From assembly GCA_965248435.1 (NCBI GenBank), contig OZ252100.1:1632001-1696000 (forward strand): a stretch of 64,000 bases of DNA, in the 5' to 3' direction. Position 1 is the stretch's first letter; every line of letters begins with the position of its first letter. The position numbers and the translations under genes are program-made. The notes under the pieces are model-generated. The model searched no databases and was not told where the DNA came from. It worked only from the letters and a program-made list of their open reading frames with translations. The DNA is from Candidatus Latescibacterota bacterium. Lineage in GTDB: Bacteria > Latescibacterota > UBA2968 > GCA-2709665. Shown here one piece after another: positions 29,144-39,172 of this stretch.

Positions 29144-30187
29144 ATGGCTAAGTTGATCGATCTCAGGAGCGACACCGTCACAAAACCGTCTGAAGGCATG
29201 CGCCGGGCGATGGCGGACGCCGAGGTGGATGACGATGTCATTGGCAGGGATCCCACCACGAAAAGGCTTCAGGAAACGGCCTCTGCCATGTTCGGAAAGG
29301 AGCGGGCCTTGTTCGTTCCCTCCGGAACGATGGCGAACCTCATTGCATTGAAGGCCCACGCACAGCCAGGGAACGAGGTCATCAGTTCAGACAGCGCCCA
29401 TATCATCCACGCCGAAGTCGGGGGCCTCGCTGCGGTAGCGATGCTCCAATCTCGACCCATCCCCGCTCCGGAAGGCTACTTCACGGGCGATCAGGTCGAG
29501 GCCTTGATCCGCCCCGGAAGCTTCTGGGCCCCAAAAACCGGCCTGGTTGAAATCGAAAACACGATGAATGCCCCGGGTGGAAGGGTCTTTCCACAGCATC
29601 ACATCGACGACATCTGCCGGCTCGCACACGATCACGACGTCCCCGTCCACATGGATGGTGCGCGGGTGTTCAACGCGGCGATCGCTTCGGAGACCCACGT
29701 CAACAGAATCGCTCAGGGATGTGACTCCGTCTGCTTCTGCCTCTCCAAGGGCCTGGGCACACCGGCCGGCTCCCTTCTCCTCGGCACCTCGGACTTCATC
29801 GAGAAGGCCTTCGGAATCCGTCAGATGCTCGGCGGAGGGATGAGGCAGACCGGCATCCTCGCCGCTGCCGGCCTGTATGCCCTGGAACACAACGTCGAGC
29901 GGCTGGCCGAAGACCACGCGAACGCCCGGCTGCTGGCCGATGGCTTGGCCGAAATCGAAGGCATAGGCGTCGATCCCGAGACCGTGGAGACGAACATGGT
30001 CTCCTTCGATCTGTCGAAGACAGGTTTGACCAGCGCGGAATTTGCCGAGTCTCTGCGAGAACGAGGTGTCCTGACCACCGCGCCTCGGCGGGCTCTCGTC
30101 ACACATCTCGATTTCAACCGGGAGGATATCCTGGAAGCGGTGAGGGCGATCGGGGAGGTCGTCGGGGACGGTCAGAAACAGTCCTGA
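29144..30187 (+). CDS. ltaE: Low-specificity L-threonine aldolase
   Basis: IDLRSDTVTKP, PSGTMAN, ENT.N, HMDGARVFNA, CLSKGLG and GGGMRQ. Confidence 0.92.
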   Translation: MAKLIDLRSDTVTKPSEGMRRAMADAEVDDDVIGRDPTTKRLQETASAMFGKERALFVPSGTMANLIALKAHAQPGNEVISSDSAHIIHAEVGGLAAVAMLQSRPIPAPEGYFTGDQVEALIRPGSFWAPKTGLVEIENTMNAPGGRVFPQHHIDDICRLAHDHDVPVHMDGARVFNAAIASETHVNRIAQGCDSVCFCLSKGLGTPAGSLLLGTSDFIEKAFGIRQMLGGGMRQTGILAAAGLYALEHNVERLAEDHANARLLADGLAEIEGIGVDPETVETNMVSFDLSKTGLTSAEFAESLRERGVLTTAPRRALVTHLDFNREDILEAVRAIGEVVGDGQKQS

Positions 30188-30238
30188 ATCCCCGTCACAG
30201 TCAGGCATCTCTTCGCTCAACTCACCGAAGGGGACGCG

Positions 30239-31135
30239 ATGGCGGCCAAAATCCTGAGTGGAGAAGCGGTATCACAAGCGATGCGCGCCGAGATGGCCGA
30301 AGAGGTGGCACGTCTCAAGGAAAGGAATGTGATTCCGGGGCTTGCAGTCGTCCTGGTGGGCGATGACCCCGCTTCGATCTCTTACATAAAGGGAAAACGC
30401 AGGGCCTGCAAGAAGATCGGCATCCACTCGATCGAGCACAATCTAGATGCAACCGTCTCGGAAGAGGAAGTCGTCGAAGTCGTCAACGGCTTGAACGCCG
30501 ACAAAACAATAAACGGCATCCTCGTTCAACTCCCCCTCCCCGGGCATCTGGACGAACAAAAGATCCTGTCCAGGATTGACCCAGCGAAAGACGTCGACGG
30601 CCTGCACCCCGTCAATCTTGGAAAACTCCTCCGCAGCGATGACGGATTCCTGCCGTGTACGCCACACGGTATCCAGCAGCTCCTGCTGCGCAGCGGAATC
30701 GAGATCGAAGGCAGGCACGTCGTCATCGTGGGGCGAAGCATCCTTGTCGGCAAGTCCCTCGCAAACATCCTCCTTAGAAAGGTCCCGGGGGCGAACGCGA
30801 CGGTCACCGTATGCCACACTGGCACCCAGGACATCGCGCAGTTCACTCGTCAGGCCGACATCGTCGTTGTGGTGGTGGGGCGCCCCAAGACCCTCACCCC
30901 AGACATGATCTCTAAGGGTGCTGTCGTCGTCGACGTCGGGGTCAACAAAGTTTCGGACCCATCCAGAAAACTGGGATACCGCCTGATCGGCGACGTCGAT
31001 TTCGAAGGCCTGTGCGAAAAGGCGAGTGCCATCACACCGGTGCCTGGCGGCGTCGGTCCCATGACCATCACGATGCTGCTGCACAACACCATCCGATCCG
31101 CAAGGAAGGCCCACGGACGCTCCTCCTCACTCTGA
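30239..31135 (+). CDS. folD: Methylenetetrahydrofolate dehydrogenase/cyclohydrolase
   Basis: GILVQLPLP, KDVDGLHP, PCTP.G, GRS.LVGK and ITPVPGGVGPMT. Confidence 0.96.
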   Translation: MAAKILSGEAVSQAMRAEMAEEVARLKERNVIPGLAVVLVGDDPASISYIKGKRRACKKIGIHSIEHNLDATVSEEEVVEVVNGLNADKTINGILVQLPLPGHLDEQKILSRIDPAKDVDGLHPVNLGKLLRSDDGFLPCTPHGIQQLLLRSGIEIEGRHVVIVGRSILVGKSLANILLRKVPGANATVTVCHTGTQDIAQFTRQADIVVVVVGRPKTLTPDMISKGAVVVDVGVNKVSDPSRKLGYRLIGDVDFEGLCEKASAITPVPGGVGPMTITMLLHNTIRSARKAHGRSSSL

Positions 31136-31220
31136 GCCCTTCCCCTGATTTCCTCGTATCTTCGAATACACTCCCCCTGAACTGAATCTTTTCCCGGATC
31201 ATACCCCTGGACATGCCGGA

Positions 31221-31249
31221 TTGACAGAAAGGCTCGGTTCGGGTATCCT
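31221..31249 (+). promoter_or_regulatory. sigma70-type promoter
   Basis: TTGACA-N17-TATCCT. Confidence 0.6.
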
Positions 31250-31293
31250 TTCAGAGTTTCGAATCTCCTTCAAGACCAACCAGGGGGCTTTGT

Positions 31294-32610
31294 ATGAAAA
31301 AGACGACCATCGCTTTTGTCTTGATATTTCTTCTGTCCCAGGGAAATCCCGTGCATTCACAGGAACGCGAGGGCGACTTCGACGGAGACGGCAAGGTCGG
31401 CTTTCTCGACTTCGTCGAATTCGCCGTGGGCTTCGACAAGGCTGAAGGGGATCCGGGCTTCGACGCGCGGCTCGACCTAGACGCGAGCGGAAAAGTCGAC
31501 TTCTTCGATTTCATCAGGTTCACCGAGGCCTTTGCGCAGGACAACCCACCGCCCGAGCCGGACCCGGTTCGCATCCTACTCTATATCGCCGACCTTGTAG
31601 GTAATAAGGTAGATGTACTCGATACGGAGACCAATCTACTCGACCCCGCTCGCCAGATTTTGGTGTCTCAGCCGCGCGGCCTGGCTTTCTCCTCTCAAAA
31701 CGGGCGGGTCTACATCGCGAGTGTGGACACATTTCACGCAGTCTTTCAAAGCGGCTCGATAGATTATTCGATCCCCCTGCTGGATCCTCCCGCCGAGCCC
31801 GGGGGCAACCCCGTGAGCCGGGCTGGTTACAAAGTTGCGCTTTCCCAAGACCACAAATTTGCGTATATCACGGAGGAGGTGGCGGGGCAGGTCGAAGTGA
31901 TCGACCTCACGAGCGCTCAATCCGTTACCCAGATCCCGGTCGGTCCCACACCTGTCGGAATCGTCGCATCCAGCGATGGCCAGGAGATCTATGTAGGGCA
32001 CGCAGGATCTTCGATCTCAGTCATAGACGGCGTGCAACACGTCTTCAAGGACAGCATCGCCGTAGGGGAAGTCGCCACGCGGCGGCTCGCGATCTCCCCC
32101 GACGGAAGTCGAATCTACTCTGCAACCCGGGGAGCTTCGGGCATACAACTCATCGCCGTGGACCCGATAGCTAGAGCGGTTGTGGACTCGCTGATTGTTG
32201 GTGAGCCCACTGATCTGGATGTGAGCGTGAGCGATTTGGCAGTCTCGGAGGAGACCGGGTTCCTCCACGCGACGATCCAACGCCTTGCGCCCCTCCCATC
32301 CGATCTCGTTACATTTCAATTCGTGGGGGAACTGCTTATTGTCGACGGTGAATCATTTCAGGAGATCGGGAACGTGGAAATCGGAGAAATCGTTGCGAAC
32401 TTGGGAGTAACCCCAGATGGGAGGACGGCCTACGTAGGAGCCGTTGAATCAGTTGTTCTGGATCCAATCCAACAAGTATTCATCGTGGACCTCGAAAATC
32501 GTGAGAAAATCGGCTCCCTTAGAGGATTCGAGCTTCCAGCGGACTTGAAGCCTAGGGCAGAAAAACCGGCCTTCCCACTAATGGACTTCCTGGAGATCAT
32601 TCTCTTCTGA
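31294..32610 (+). CDS. Secreted protein with N-terminal dockerin-like module and YVTN-type beta-propeller
   Basis: Signal peptide; GDFDGDGKVGFLDF...DLDASGKVDFFDF; repeats such as IPVGPTPVGIVASSDG..IYV and LAISPDG.RIY. Confidence 0.8.
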   Translation: MKKTTIAFVLIFLLSQGNPVHSQEREGDFDGDGKVGFLDFVEFAVGFDKAEGDPGFDARLDLDASGKVDFFDFIRFTEAFAQDNPPPEPDPVRILLYIADLVGNKVDVLDTETNLLDPARQILVSQPRGLAFSSQNGRVYIASVDTFHAVFQSGSIDYSIPLLDPPAEPGGNPVSRAGYKVALSQDHKFAYITEEVAGQVEVIDLTSAQSVTQIPVGPTPVGIVASSDGQEIYVGHAGSSISVIDGVQHVFKDSIAVGEVATRRLAISPDGSRIYSATRGASGIQLIAVDPIARAVVDSLIVGEPTDLDVSVSDLAVSEETGFLHATIQRLAPLPSDLVTFQFVGELLIVDGESFQEIGNVEIGEIVANLGVTPDGRTAYVGAVESVVLDPIQQVFIVDLENREKIGSLRGFELPADLKPRAEKPAFPLMDFLEIILF

Positions 32611-32732
32611 CAAGAGAATTTACGAGGCGACCAAGCCGAAATTGGGGTTGACCGACCCATTCCAAAGCATTAAATTCTCATAAGACCTAAGTGTCTGCCC
32701 AAACGAATCCCACTACCAGATGTTGAGGCCAC

Positions 32733-33782
32733 ATGCTTGCATCACTTCTGCTGGAACCGGGTCGCCTCGAGCTTCGAGACATCGAGACACCGAAGGCGGG
32801 GCCTGGAGAAGTCGTGGTCAGGGTCCGAACGGCCCTGACCTGCGGAACCGACCTGAAAACCTTCCGGCGGGGTCACCCCAAGATCCCGATGCCGGGACCT
32901 TTCGGTCACGAATTCGCCGGAGACGTCTGTGAAGTCGGCGAAGGCGTCAAGGAATTCAAAGTTGGCGATCAGGTCATGGCAGCCCCGACCGCCCCCTGCG
33001 GAGAGTGCTTTTACTGTAAGAAGGGCCAGGAGAACCTCTGTAGCCTGGTCATGGACGCGATGATCTTTGGCGCCTACGCTGAGTACGTGAGGGTGCCCGA
33101 ACATGTCGTGAAAAACAACATGTTCAAGAAGCCGGCCCACCTCTCCTACGGTGAGGCGGCCATGCTGGAACCCCTTTCTTGCGTCGTTTATGGTATGGAC
33201 CAGTTGAATGTCACTCCTGAAGACACAGTCTTGGTCATCGGGGCGGGCGCTATCGGACTGATGCACATCATGGTTGCTCGCATTCTCGGGGCCAAGCAAA
33301 TCATCGTGGCCGGCCATCGTGACCACAGGCTGAAGCTCGCCCTCGCGCTGGGTGCCGATGCCGCCATAGATGCCGAGTCCGAAGGCACCTTCGACCGTGT
33401 CAAGGAACTGACCGGCGGGATAGGCGCGGACATCGTCATCGAATGCACCGGGCAGCTCGCGGTGTGGGAAGACGCCCCCGACCTCGTTCGAAAAGGTGGG
33501 ACAGTCGTCCTTTTTGGAGGTCTTCCGTCAGGGACGCGTGCCACCTTTGACACAACACGCCTCCACTATGATCAGATCACCCTCAAGGGCGTCTTCCACT
33601 ACAGCAGAAGCGCTGTAAAGAAGGCATACCAGCTCCTTGCCGAAAAGAAGATACAGGTCCGCAGTCTCATCTCCGGCACTTACCCCCTCTCCGAGCTCAA
33701 ACAGGTCTTTGACCTCCTGATGGCGAAGGGCAGCGACATCAAGTTCGCGGTGGAACCGCCCGAGCCCAGCGAGGCAGGATAG
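32733..33782 (+). CDS. Zn-dependent (MDR) alcohol/sugar dehydrogenase
   Basis: CGTD, GHEFAG, CGECFYC...C, EPLSC and GAGAIG. Confidence 0.9.
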   Translation: MLASLLLEPGRLELRDIETPKAGPGEVVVRVRTALTCGTDLKTFRRGHPKIPMPGPFGHEFAGDVCEVGEGVKEFKVGDQVMAAPTAPCGECFYCKKGQENLCSLVMDAMIFGAYAEYVRVPEHVVKNNMFKKPAHLSYGEAAMLEPLSCVVYGMDQLNVTPEDTVLVIGAGAIGLMHIMVARILGAKQIIVAGHRDHRLKLALALGADAAIDAESEGTFDRVKELTGGIGADIVIECTGQLAVWEDAPDLVRKGGTVVLFGGLPSGTRATFDTTRLHYDQITLKGVFHYSRSAVKKAYQLLAEKKIQVRSLISGTYPLSELKQVFDLLMAKGSDIKFAVEPPEPSEAG

Positions 33783-33792
33783 GCATCACCCG

Positions 33793-34863
33793 ATGCGCGT
33801 GGCTCGCCTCTACGACTTCGGAGATATCCGAATCGAGGAGCAGCCGGTTCCCCGTATCGGTCCGCACGAAGCCCTGGTGAAGATGGCGGTCTGCGGCATC
33901 TGCACCAGTGACACCCTTCCCTGGTATGTGCGCCGCAAAGCCCCTATCGTCCTCGGGCACGAACCTTCCGGCACGCTCATAGAAGTCGGTCAGGAAGTCG
34001 ACGGGTTTTCAGCCGGTCAAAGAGTCTTTGTTCATCATCACGCCCCCTGTCTGGTCTGTCGATTCTGCCGGCGGGGGCGTTATTCTATGTGCCCAACCTG
34101 GAAGGCATCCGCTCTCGACCCGGGTGGCCTGGCCGAATACGTTCGTATACCAGCCATCAATCTCCGTAACGATACCCTCCTGCTTCCAGAGTCCCTCACC
34201 TTTGAAGATGGCGCTCTCGTAGAACCAACGGCCTGTGCGGTCCAGGCGCTGAAGCGGCGAGCTCGGATGCAGAGCGGTGATCGCGTTCTCATCATAGGCA
34301 TGGGGGTGATGGGACAGATCCTTGCCCTCGTCGCCAAGCATTATGGTGCCAGCCAGGTTATCGCCGCGGACAGGATCCCCTACCGGCTGCAAAAGGCCCT
34401 CGCGCTCGGAGCCGATCTGGCCGTGGACGTCTCGAAGGAAGACCTTGAAAATCGAGTCCGTGTTGCCACGGCAGGTGAAATGACCGACCTCGTCGTTGTG
34501 GGTCCAGGAACGATTCCCGCTATGCAGTCCGGCCTGGCCTGCCTCGGCGTCGGTTCAACCCTCCTCCTTTTTACACCGACTGAGCCGGGCCAGATGCTTC
34601 CGGTCAGCCCCTACGATCTTTACTCCAAAGACAACGCGATAGTCACCAGCTATTCCTGTGGACCGCCGGACACGCGGGAGGCACTCGACCTGATTGCCTC
34701 CGGGGCGCTCTCTGCCCAAATGCTGGTCACACACCGCTTTCCACTCGATCGGGCAGCGGACGCCTTCTCCACTGTTGCCGAGGCGAAGGCGTCGATCAAG
34801 ACCCTCGTCGTCATCGATGAAAGTGTGCCCCAAGAAGGGGGTGGCCAGTCCAATTCGGGGTAG
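33793..34863 (+). CDS. Zn-dependent (MDR) alcohol/sugar dehydrogenase
   Basis: GICTSD, GHEPSG, HHAPCLVC.FC...C, EPTAC and GMGVMG. Confidence 0.9.
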   Translation: MRVARLYDFGDIRIEEQPVPRIGPHEALVKMAVCGICTSDTLPWYVRRKAPIVLGHEPSGTLIEVGQEVDGFSAGQRVFVHHHAPCLVCRFCRRGRYSMCPTWKASALDPGGLAEYVRIPAINLRNDTLLLPESLTFEDGALVEPTACAVQALKRRARMQSGDRVLIIGMGVMGQILALVAKHYGASQVIAADRIPYRLQKALALGADLAVDVSKEDLENRVRVATAGEMTDLVVVGPGTIPAMQSGLACLGVGSTLLLFTPTEPGQMLPVSPYDLYSKDNAIVTSYSCGPPDTREALDLIASGALSAQMLVTHRFPLDRAADAFSTVAEAKASIKTLVVIDESVPQEGGGQSNSG

Positions 34864-34970
34864 CGGGCCAGGTTACAGGCCCGACGACAAAAAGCGACCA
34901 CATCGTCGTGGCTTGCAACTTGACGGAACCGACTGAGCAGCAAAGGGTCCAAGTATGGCCAGGTTGAACC

Positions 34971-34999
34971 TTGACAGGCGCGGCGCGGCAAGCTATATT
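34971..34999 (+). promoter_or_regulatory. sigma70 promoter of the TPR-mdh operon
   Basis: TTGACA-N17-TATATT. Confidence 0.7.
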
Positions 35000-35073
35000 G
35001 CGAAACTTCTTCGAGCGCTTCGGTTACCATTTCACCAATTCAAGGTTCGAGGCGGAGGGAAGGAGCGAGAAAA

Positions 35074-36318
35074 ATGAAGACACTCATGAAATATCGATAC
35101 CGCAATCGGCTCCTGATAGTCCTGTCCGTTCTGTTCTGCCTATCGGCCGTTAACACCACGGCCGTTCGGGCACAGAAACAGATCAATGTGGGCGTCGCAA
35201 AGCGATCGGCGAAACTCTACATGTCCCAGAGGCTGCGTGATAAGGCCATCGAGAGGCTTCAAGAATGCGCGGAAGCCAAGCCCGACGACGCAGAAGTACA
35301 TTTCATGTTGGGGGCGCTCTATGCGGAGAAGGGCATGATAGAGGAGATGAACCGGTCTTTTGCCACCTGTCTGGACCTCAAAAAAGGCAAAAAGTATCTA
35401 AAGAAGGGGGTCAAGATAGGCAACGCTTCGGCCTTCGTTCGTCAGGGGATCAACTACTCGAAGCAAGAAATGTGGTGGCGATTCATGGATCGTGGTGCGG
35501 CGGCCTTCAATGCGGAGGATCACAAGACCTCCACTCGCTATTTTCAATTGGCAATCTCGATCATACCGGACAGCTCTATCACATACAAGAACCTTTCGGA
35601 CACCTACATCCAGATGGAGGACTACGAGGGCGCAATAGGGGCACTTCGAAGCGCGATCCAGTATGACAGCACCAGTGCCATGGTATACATGAATCTGGGC
35701 ATCGCGATCATCAATCACGGGGAACCCGCAGAAGCCCTTCCTTACATCGAAAAGGCCGACCAACTTCAGCCGGGCAACCTTTCCGTCCTGAAGAACTTGG
35801 CGATTGCTTACCAGCGTTCCGGAGACCGTGAAGGTGCGCTCGAGACCGCCGAGAAGGCACTCGAGATAGACCCCGAAGACGCAGGTGTGGCCAACATGGC
35901 GGGCGAGATTTACCTGCGACAGGGAAACTACGAAAAGGCCGTCGGGTTCCTAGAAATGGTCACTGAACGGAAGCCGGAGCTTATTGACGCAGTGTTCAAT
36001 CTTGCTGCGGCCTACAAGGGGATGGGACAAGAAGCAAAGGCGGAAGGTCTGTTCACGCGGAACGTGGAGGCCAATCCTGAAGACTCGGAAGCATGGTACC
36101 AACTCGGGCTTATTTACAACCGAGATAAATCTTTCGACAAAGCCATCTCTGCTTTTCAGAAGGTCGTCGACCTGCAACCGAAGGATGTCCAGGCATGGAA
36201 GGCGCTCTACAAGGTCTATGCGCGAAAATCGAACATGGTTGAGGGGGAAGAAGCAGCCAAGTATGTACGCAGAGCCGAAGAGGCGCTTAGCATGGTAGAG
36301 ACCCTAGAGGGCCAATAA
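35074..36318 (+). CDS. Exported tetratricopeptide-repeat protein
   Basis: Signal peptide followed by multiple TPRs (e.g. AWYQLGLIY.....DKAI.AF.K...L.P). Confidence 0.85.
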   Translation: MKTLMKYRYRNRLLIVLSVLFCLSAVNTTAVRAQKQINVGVAKRSAKLYMSQRLRDKAIERLQECAEAKPDDAEVHFMLGALYAEKGMIEEMNRSFATCLDLKKGKKYLKKGVKIGNASAFVRQGINYSKQEMWWRFMDRGAAAFNAEDHKTSTRYFQLAISIIPDSSITYKNLSDTYIQMEDYEGAIGALRSAIQYDSTSAMVYMNLGIAIINHGEPAEALPYIEKADQLQPGNLSVLKNLAIAYQRSGDREGALETAEKALEIDPEDAGVANMAGEIYLRQGNYEKAVGFLEMVTERKPELIDAVFNLAAAYKGMGQEAKAEGLFTRNVEANPEDSEAWYQLGLIYNRDKSFDKAISAFQKVVDLQPKDVQAWKALYKVYARKSNMVEGEEAAKYVRRAEEALSMVETLEGQ

Positions 36319-36326
36319 GGAGAGAG

Positions 36327-37337
36327 ATGTACCTGACGAATGAGAAGGTGGCCGTCTTGGGGGCGGCCGGGGCGATCGGATCCAACCTGGCACAAACCCT
36401 GCTCTCTTCGCGAACGGCAAGCCGGGTGGCCATGTATGATCCGTTCGAGAAGGGCCTGCAAGGGGCCGCCGAAGAGCTCTATCACTGTGCGTTTCCCGAG
36501 TCGGAAGTCACCTGGACAACAGACGTAGGCGAGGCCCTCACCGACACATCCTACATCATCACCTCAGGCGGCGCACCCCGAAAAGAAGGTATGACCCGGG
36601 AGGATCTAACACGGGACAATGCCAAAATCGCACAGCAACTGGGAATGGACATTGCGAAATTCTGCCCGAATTGCAAACTCGCAATCGTCATCTTCAACCC
36701 TGCGGACATCACGGGGTTGACGGCCCTGGTATACTCCGGACTGCCTCCGACCCGGGTCAGCACGCTCGCGGCGCTCGACAGCACACGCCTGCAAACCGCC
36801 CTCTCCCAGCACTTCGGCCTGCGTCAGGACCGCGTAACAGGCTGCAGGACCTACGGCGGGCACGGAGAGCAGATGGCCGTCTTCAAGGGAGGCGTCCGAA
36901 TCGACGGAATCTCAATGGAAGAGATCCTGGACGGCGCGCAGGTAAACGGAATCGGCTTGAGCGCGGAAGACTGGAAGCAGATTCAAGAACACGTCAAGGG
37001 GGGAGGGGCCAAGATCATTGAGTTGAGGGGTCGCTCCTCCTTCCAATCCCCCTCACAGCAGAGCGTCGACATGCTTAGAGGCGTCCTCGGTCAGCCCTAT
37101 GAGTGGCCCTGCGGAGCCTATGTCAGCTCTGAGGAGTTCAACCACATTATGATGGGCATGCCTGCGACGCTCTCCTCCGAAGGCGTGACCTGGAGCATGC
37201 CCGAAGGAACGGACGAGGACCTGGCCACACTCCGTGAGTCCTACAACCACGTGGTCAGCCTTCGCGACCAGATCATCGCCGATGGCATTCTTCCTCCGCT
37301 CTCCGAGTGGAAGGAGACGAATCCGAACCTCAGTTGA
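36327..37337 (+). CDS. mdh: Malate dehydrogenase
   Basis: GAAGAIG, GAPRKEGMTREDL, NPAD, LDSTR, GGHGE and GGA.II.LRGRSS. Confidence 0.9.
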   Translation: MYLTNEKVAVLGAAGAIGSNLAQTLLSSRTASRVAMYDPFEKGLQGAAEELYHCAFPESEVTWTTDVGEALTDTSYIITSGGAPRKEGMTREDLTRDNAKIAQQLGMDIAKFCPNCKLAIVIFNPADITGLTALVYSGLPPTRVSTLAALDSTRLQTALSQHFGLRQDRVTGCRTYGGHGEQMAVFKGGVRIDGISMEEILDGAQVNGIGLSAEDWKQIQEHVKGGGAKIIELRGRSSFQSPSQQSVDMLRGVLGQPYEWPCGAYVSSEEFNHIMMGMPATLSSEGVTWSMPEGTDEDLATLRESYNHVVSLRDQIIADGILPPLSEWKETNPNLS

Positions 37338-37361
37338 ATGGTCTGATAGTCTTGGCTTTAA

Positions 37362-37403
37362 GGGGCGGTTGCGGCCTGATGCAATCGTCCCGATTCTGTT
37401 TTA
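37362..37403 (+). terminator. Possible terminator after mdh
   Basis: GGGCGGTTGC/GCAATCGTCC stem with G-U pairs, followed by TTCTGTTTT. Confidence 0.4.
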
Positions 37404-37416
37404 GGCAGCGCCTGTG

Positions 37417-38571
37417 ATGGAAACGAAACCCAAATACGATCTGCTCCTACGCGGAGGTACAGTCATCGATCCGGCACAGGGGCTGCACGAGGTCCGCGAC
37501 GTTGGCATCTCCGGTGGTAGAATCGCCGAAATCTCGGACGAGATATTCGAGGAAGAGGCAGAGAACGTGATCGATGTCTCCGGTAAACTCGTCACACCGG
37601 GGCTGATAGACCTGCACGTCCATATCTGGTGGGGTGTTTCCCACTACGGGATAGAGCCCGATCCCTATTGTGTGGCCCGCGGGGTCACGACCGCATTCGA
37701 CGCCGGCTCCGCAGGGGCAGATACCTTCCCAGGGCTCAAGAAATACGTCATCGATGTAAGCGTGACCGAGATCAAGGCGTTTTTGCATATTTCGTCGCAG
37801 GGCATGCTGTCTCAAGAGATCGGGGAATTGACAGACCTCCGCTACGCCGATGTAAAGCGGGCGATCGCGATGTGTGAGGCCAACCGGAAAGACATCGTCG
37901 GCGTAAAGATCAGAATGACCACGAATCTGGTTGGGGAAAACGGTAAAGAAGGGCTGAAACGGGCCCGTGAAGTCTCTGAGGCAACCGGTCTGCCCCTGAT
38001 GATTCACCCCAACGCAAGCCCCTTGACCTTTTCGGACATGCTCAACGAGTTGCGCTCAGGAGACATCGTTACACATTGCTTCCACCGAAGCGATACTGGT
38101 ATCCTGGACAGCGAAGGCAGTCTTCGGAAGGAGGCCAGGAAGGCGGCCGAGGATGGGATCCTGTTCGACGTCGGTCACGGGAAGGGGAGCTTCGACTTCA
38201 AAGTGGCCGAGGCCGCTATAGCACAGAATTTCAAACCGGGAACGATCTCAAGCGATCTACACAAATATAATGTCGATGGCCCGGTCTATGACCTCGTCAC
38301 AACCGTCTCCAAGTTCCACCACCTCGGTCTCTCCCTGGACGAATGTTTAGAAAGAGTCACGGCCGCGCCCGCACGCGCGATGGGCATGCTGGGTGAGATC
38401 GGAACTCTCCAGCCCGGGGCCCGGGCAGACATCGCCGTCCTTGAACTCAAACAGGGTCGATTTGAAATGACCGACACCCACAACGTAACCCGAACTGTCG
38501 ACACCGAGTTAGCGACCGTTTCCACCATCAAGGGCGGTCGACTCTACGCCCCCTCAGCCTTCGATCACTAG
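37417..38571 (+). CDS. Amidohydrolase/deacetylase family metallohydrolase (dihydroorotase-like)
   Basis: PGLIDLHVH, DAGSAG, GVKIR, THCFH, DVGHG.GSF and ISSDLH. Confidence 0.88.
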   Translation: METKPKYDLLLRGGTVIDPAQGLHEVRDVGISGGRIAEISDEIFEEEAENVIDVSGKLVTPGLIDLHVHIWWGVSHYGIEPDPYCVARGVTTAFDAGSAGADTFPGLKKYVIDVSVTEIKAFLHISSQGMLSQEIGELTDLRYADVKRAIAMCEANRKDIVGVKIRMTTNLVGENGKEGLKRAREVSEATGLPLMIHPNASPLTFSDMLNELRSGDIVTHCFHRSDTGILDSEGSLRKEARKAAEDGILFDVGHGKGSFDFKVAEAAIAQNFKPGTISSDLHKYNVDGPVYDLVTTVSKFHHLGLSLDECLERVTAAPARAMGMLGEIGTLQPGARADIAVLELKQGRFEMTDTHNVTRTVDTELATVSTIKGGRLYAPSAFDH

Positions 38572-38689
38572 GGCTGACTTCGCTTCTTCTGCAAGTTAGT
38601 TTCCACTCGATTCTTCCTCCCACCCCTCCTGAACTCGGCAAATTGTTCCAGGTGTCGGCTCCAACTTCCGCTGTTCCCCTCCTTTGTAT

Positions 38690-38763
38690 ATATCTTACTT
38701 CTTTGTTTATAATATGTTTACGCGTAATGTATTTCCTACAGGTCGCGTGGCATGTCCCTTGCT
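38690..38763 (+). promoter_or_regulatory. sigma54 promoter with upstream AT-rich IHF-like tract
   Basis: TGGCATGTCCCTTGCT (GG-N10-GC) at 38748-38763; AT-rich tract at 38685-38735. Confidence 0.7.
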
Positions 38764-38821
38764 CGAAACGTTTTGTCGTGATCGACTGAACCCCACCTAT
38801 ATCGAGCCGATATAAAGAGGG

Positions 38822-39103
38822 ATGGCCATTCCAATGGACTTCGTTCTGTTTTTGCTGATCTCCGCTTCTGTGCTCGGCCTGCTCTGCCTGGTCGTTCTGG
38901 AATACCAGAACAGCCGTACGCGAAAAATGATGCGCCTCTGGCCGGAGCAGCAACCCCCCTCATCGGCCGACCGCGCCCGGCCCGCCGAACCCCCGCCGGA
39001 GATCCAGATTCAATTCCCGCCACCGGAAAAAGGCTTGACCCCGGGTCCGACCCATCCTAGATTAACGCAGAAGCCCCCAAAACGACAAGCCGTTGCAAAA
39101 TAA
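38822..39103 (+). CDS. Small single-TM protein with Pro-rich tail
   Basis: AGAGG RBS, N-terminal hydrophobic helix, directly downstream of the sigma54 promoter. Confidence 0.55.
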   Translation: MAIPMDFVLFLLISASVLGLLCLVVLEYQNSRTRKMMRLWPEQQPPSSADRARPAEPPPEIQIQFPPPEKGLTPGPTHPRLTQKPPKRQAVAK

Positions 39104-39172
39104 TGTGTTATTGACGAATTTGCGCGGGCATCTCGCCTGCCCGTGTCATCAGCCTGAAGGAGCGAATACTCC

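Noticed and set aside
32733-34863. Tandem Zn dehydrogenases as a recent duplication
   Set aside because: The proteins are clearly divergent; such pairs are common and nothing further is inferable here.
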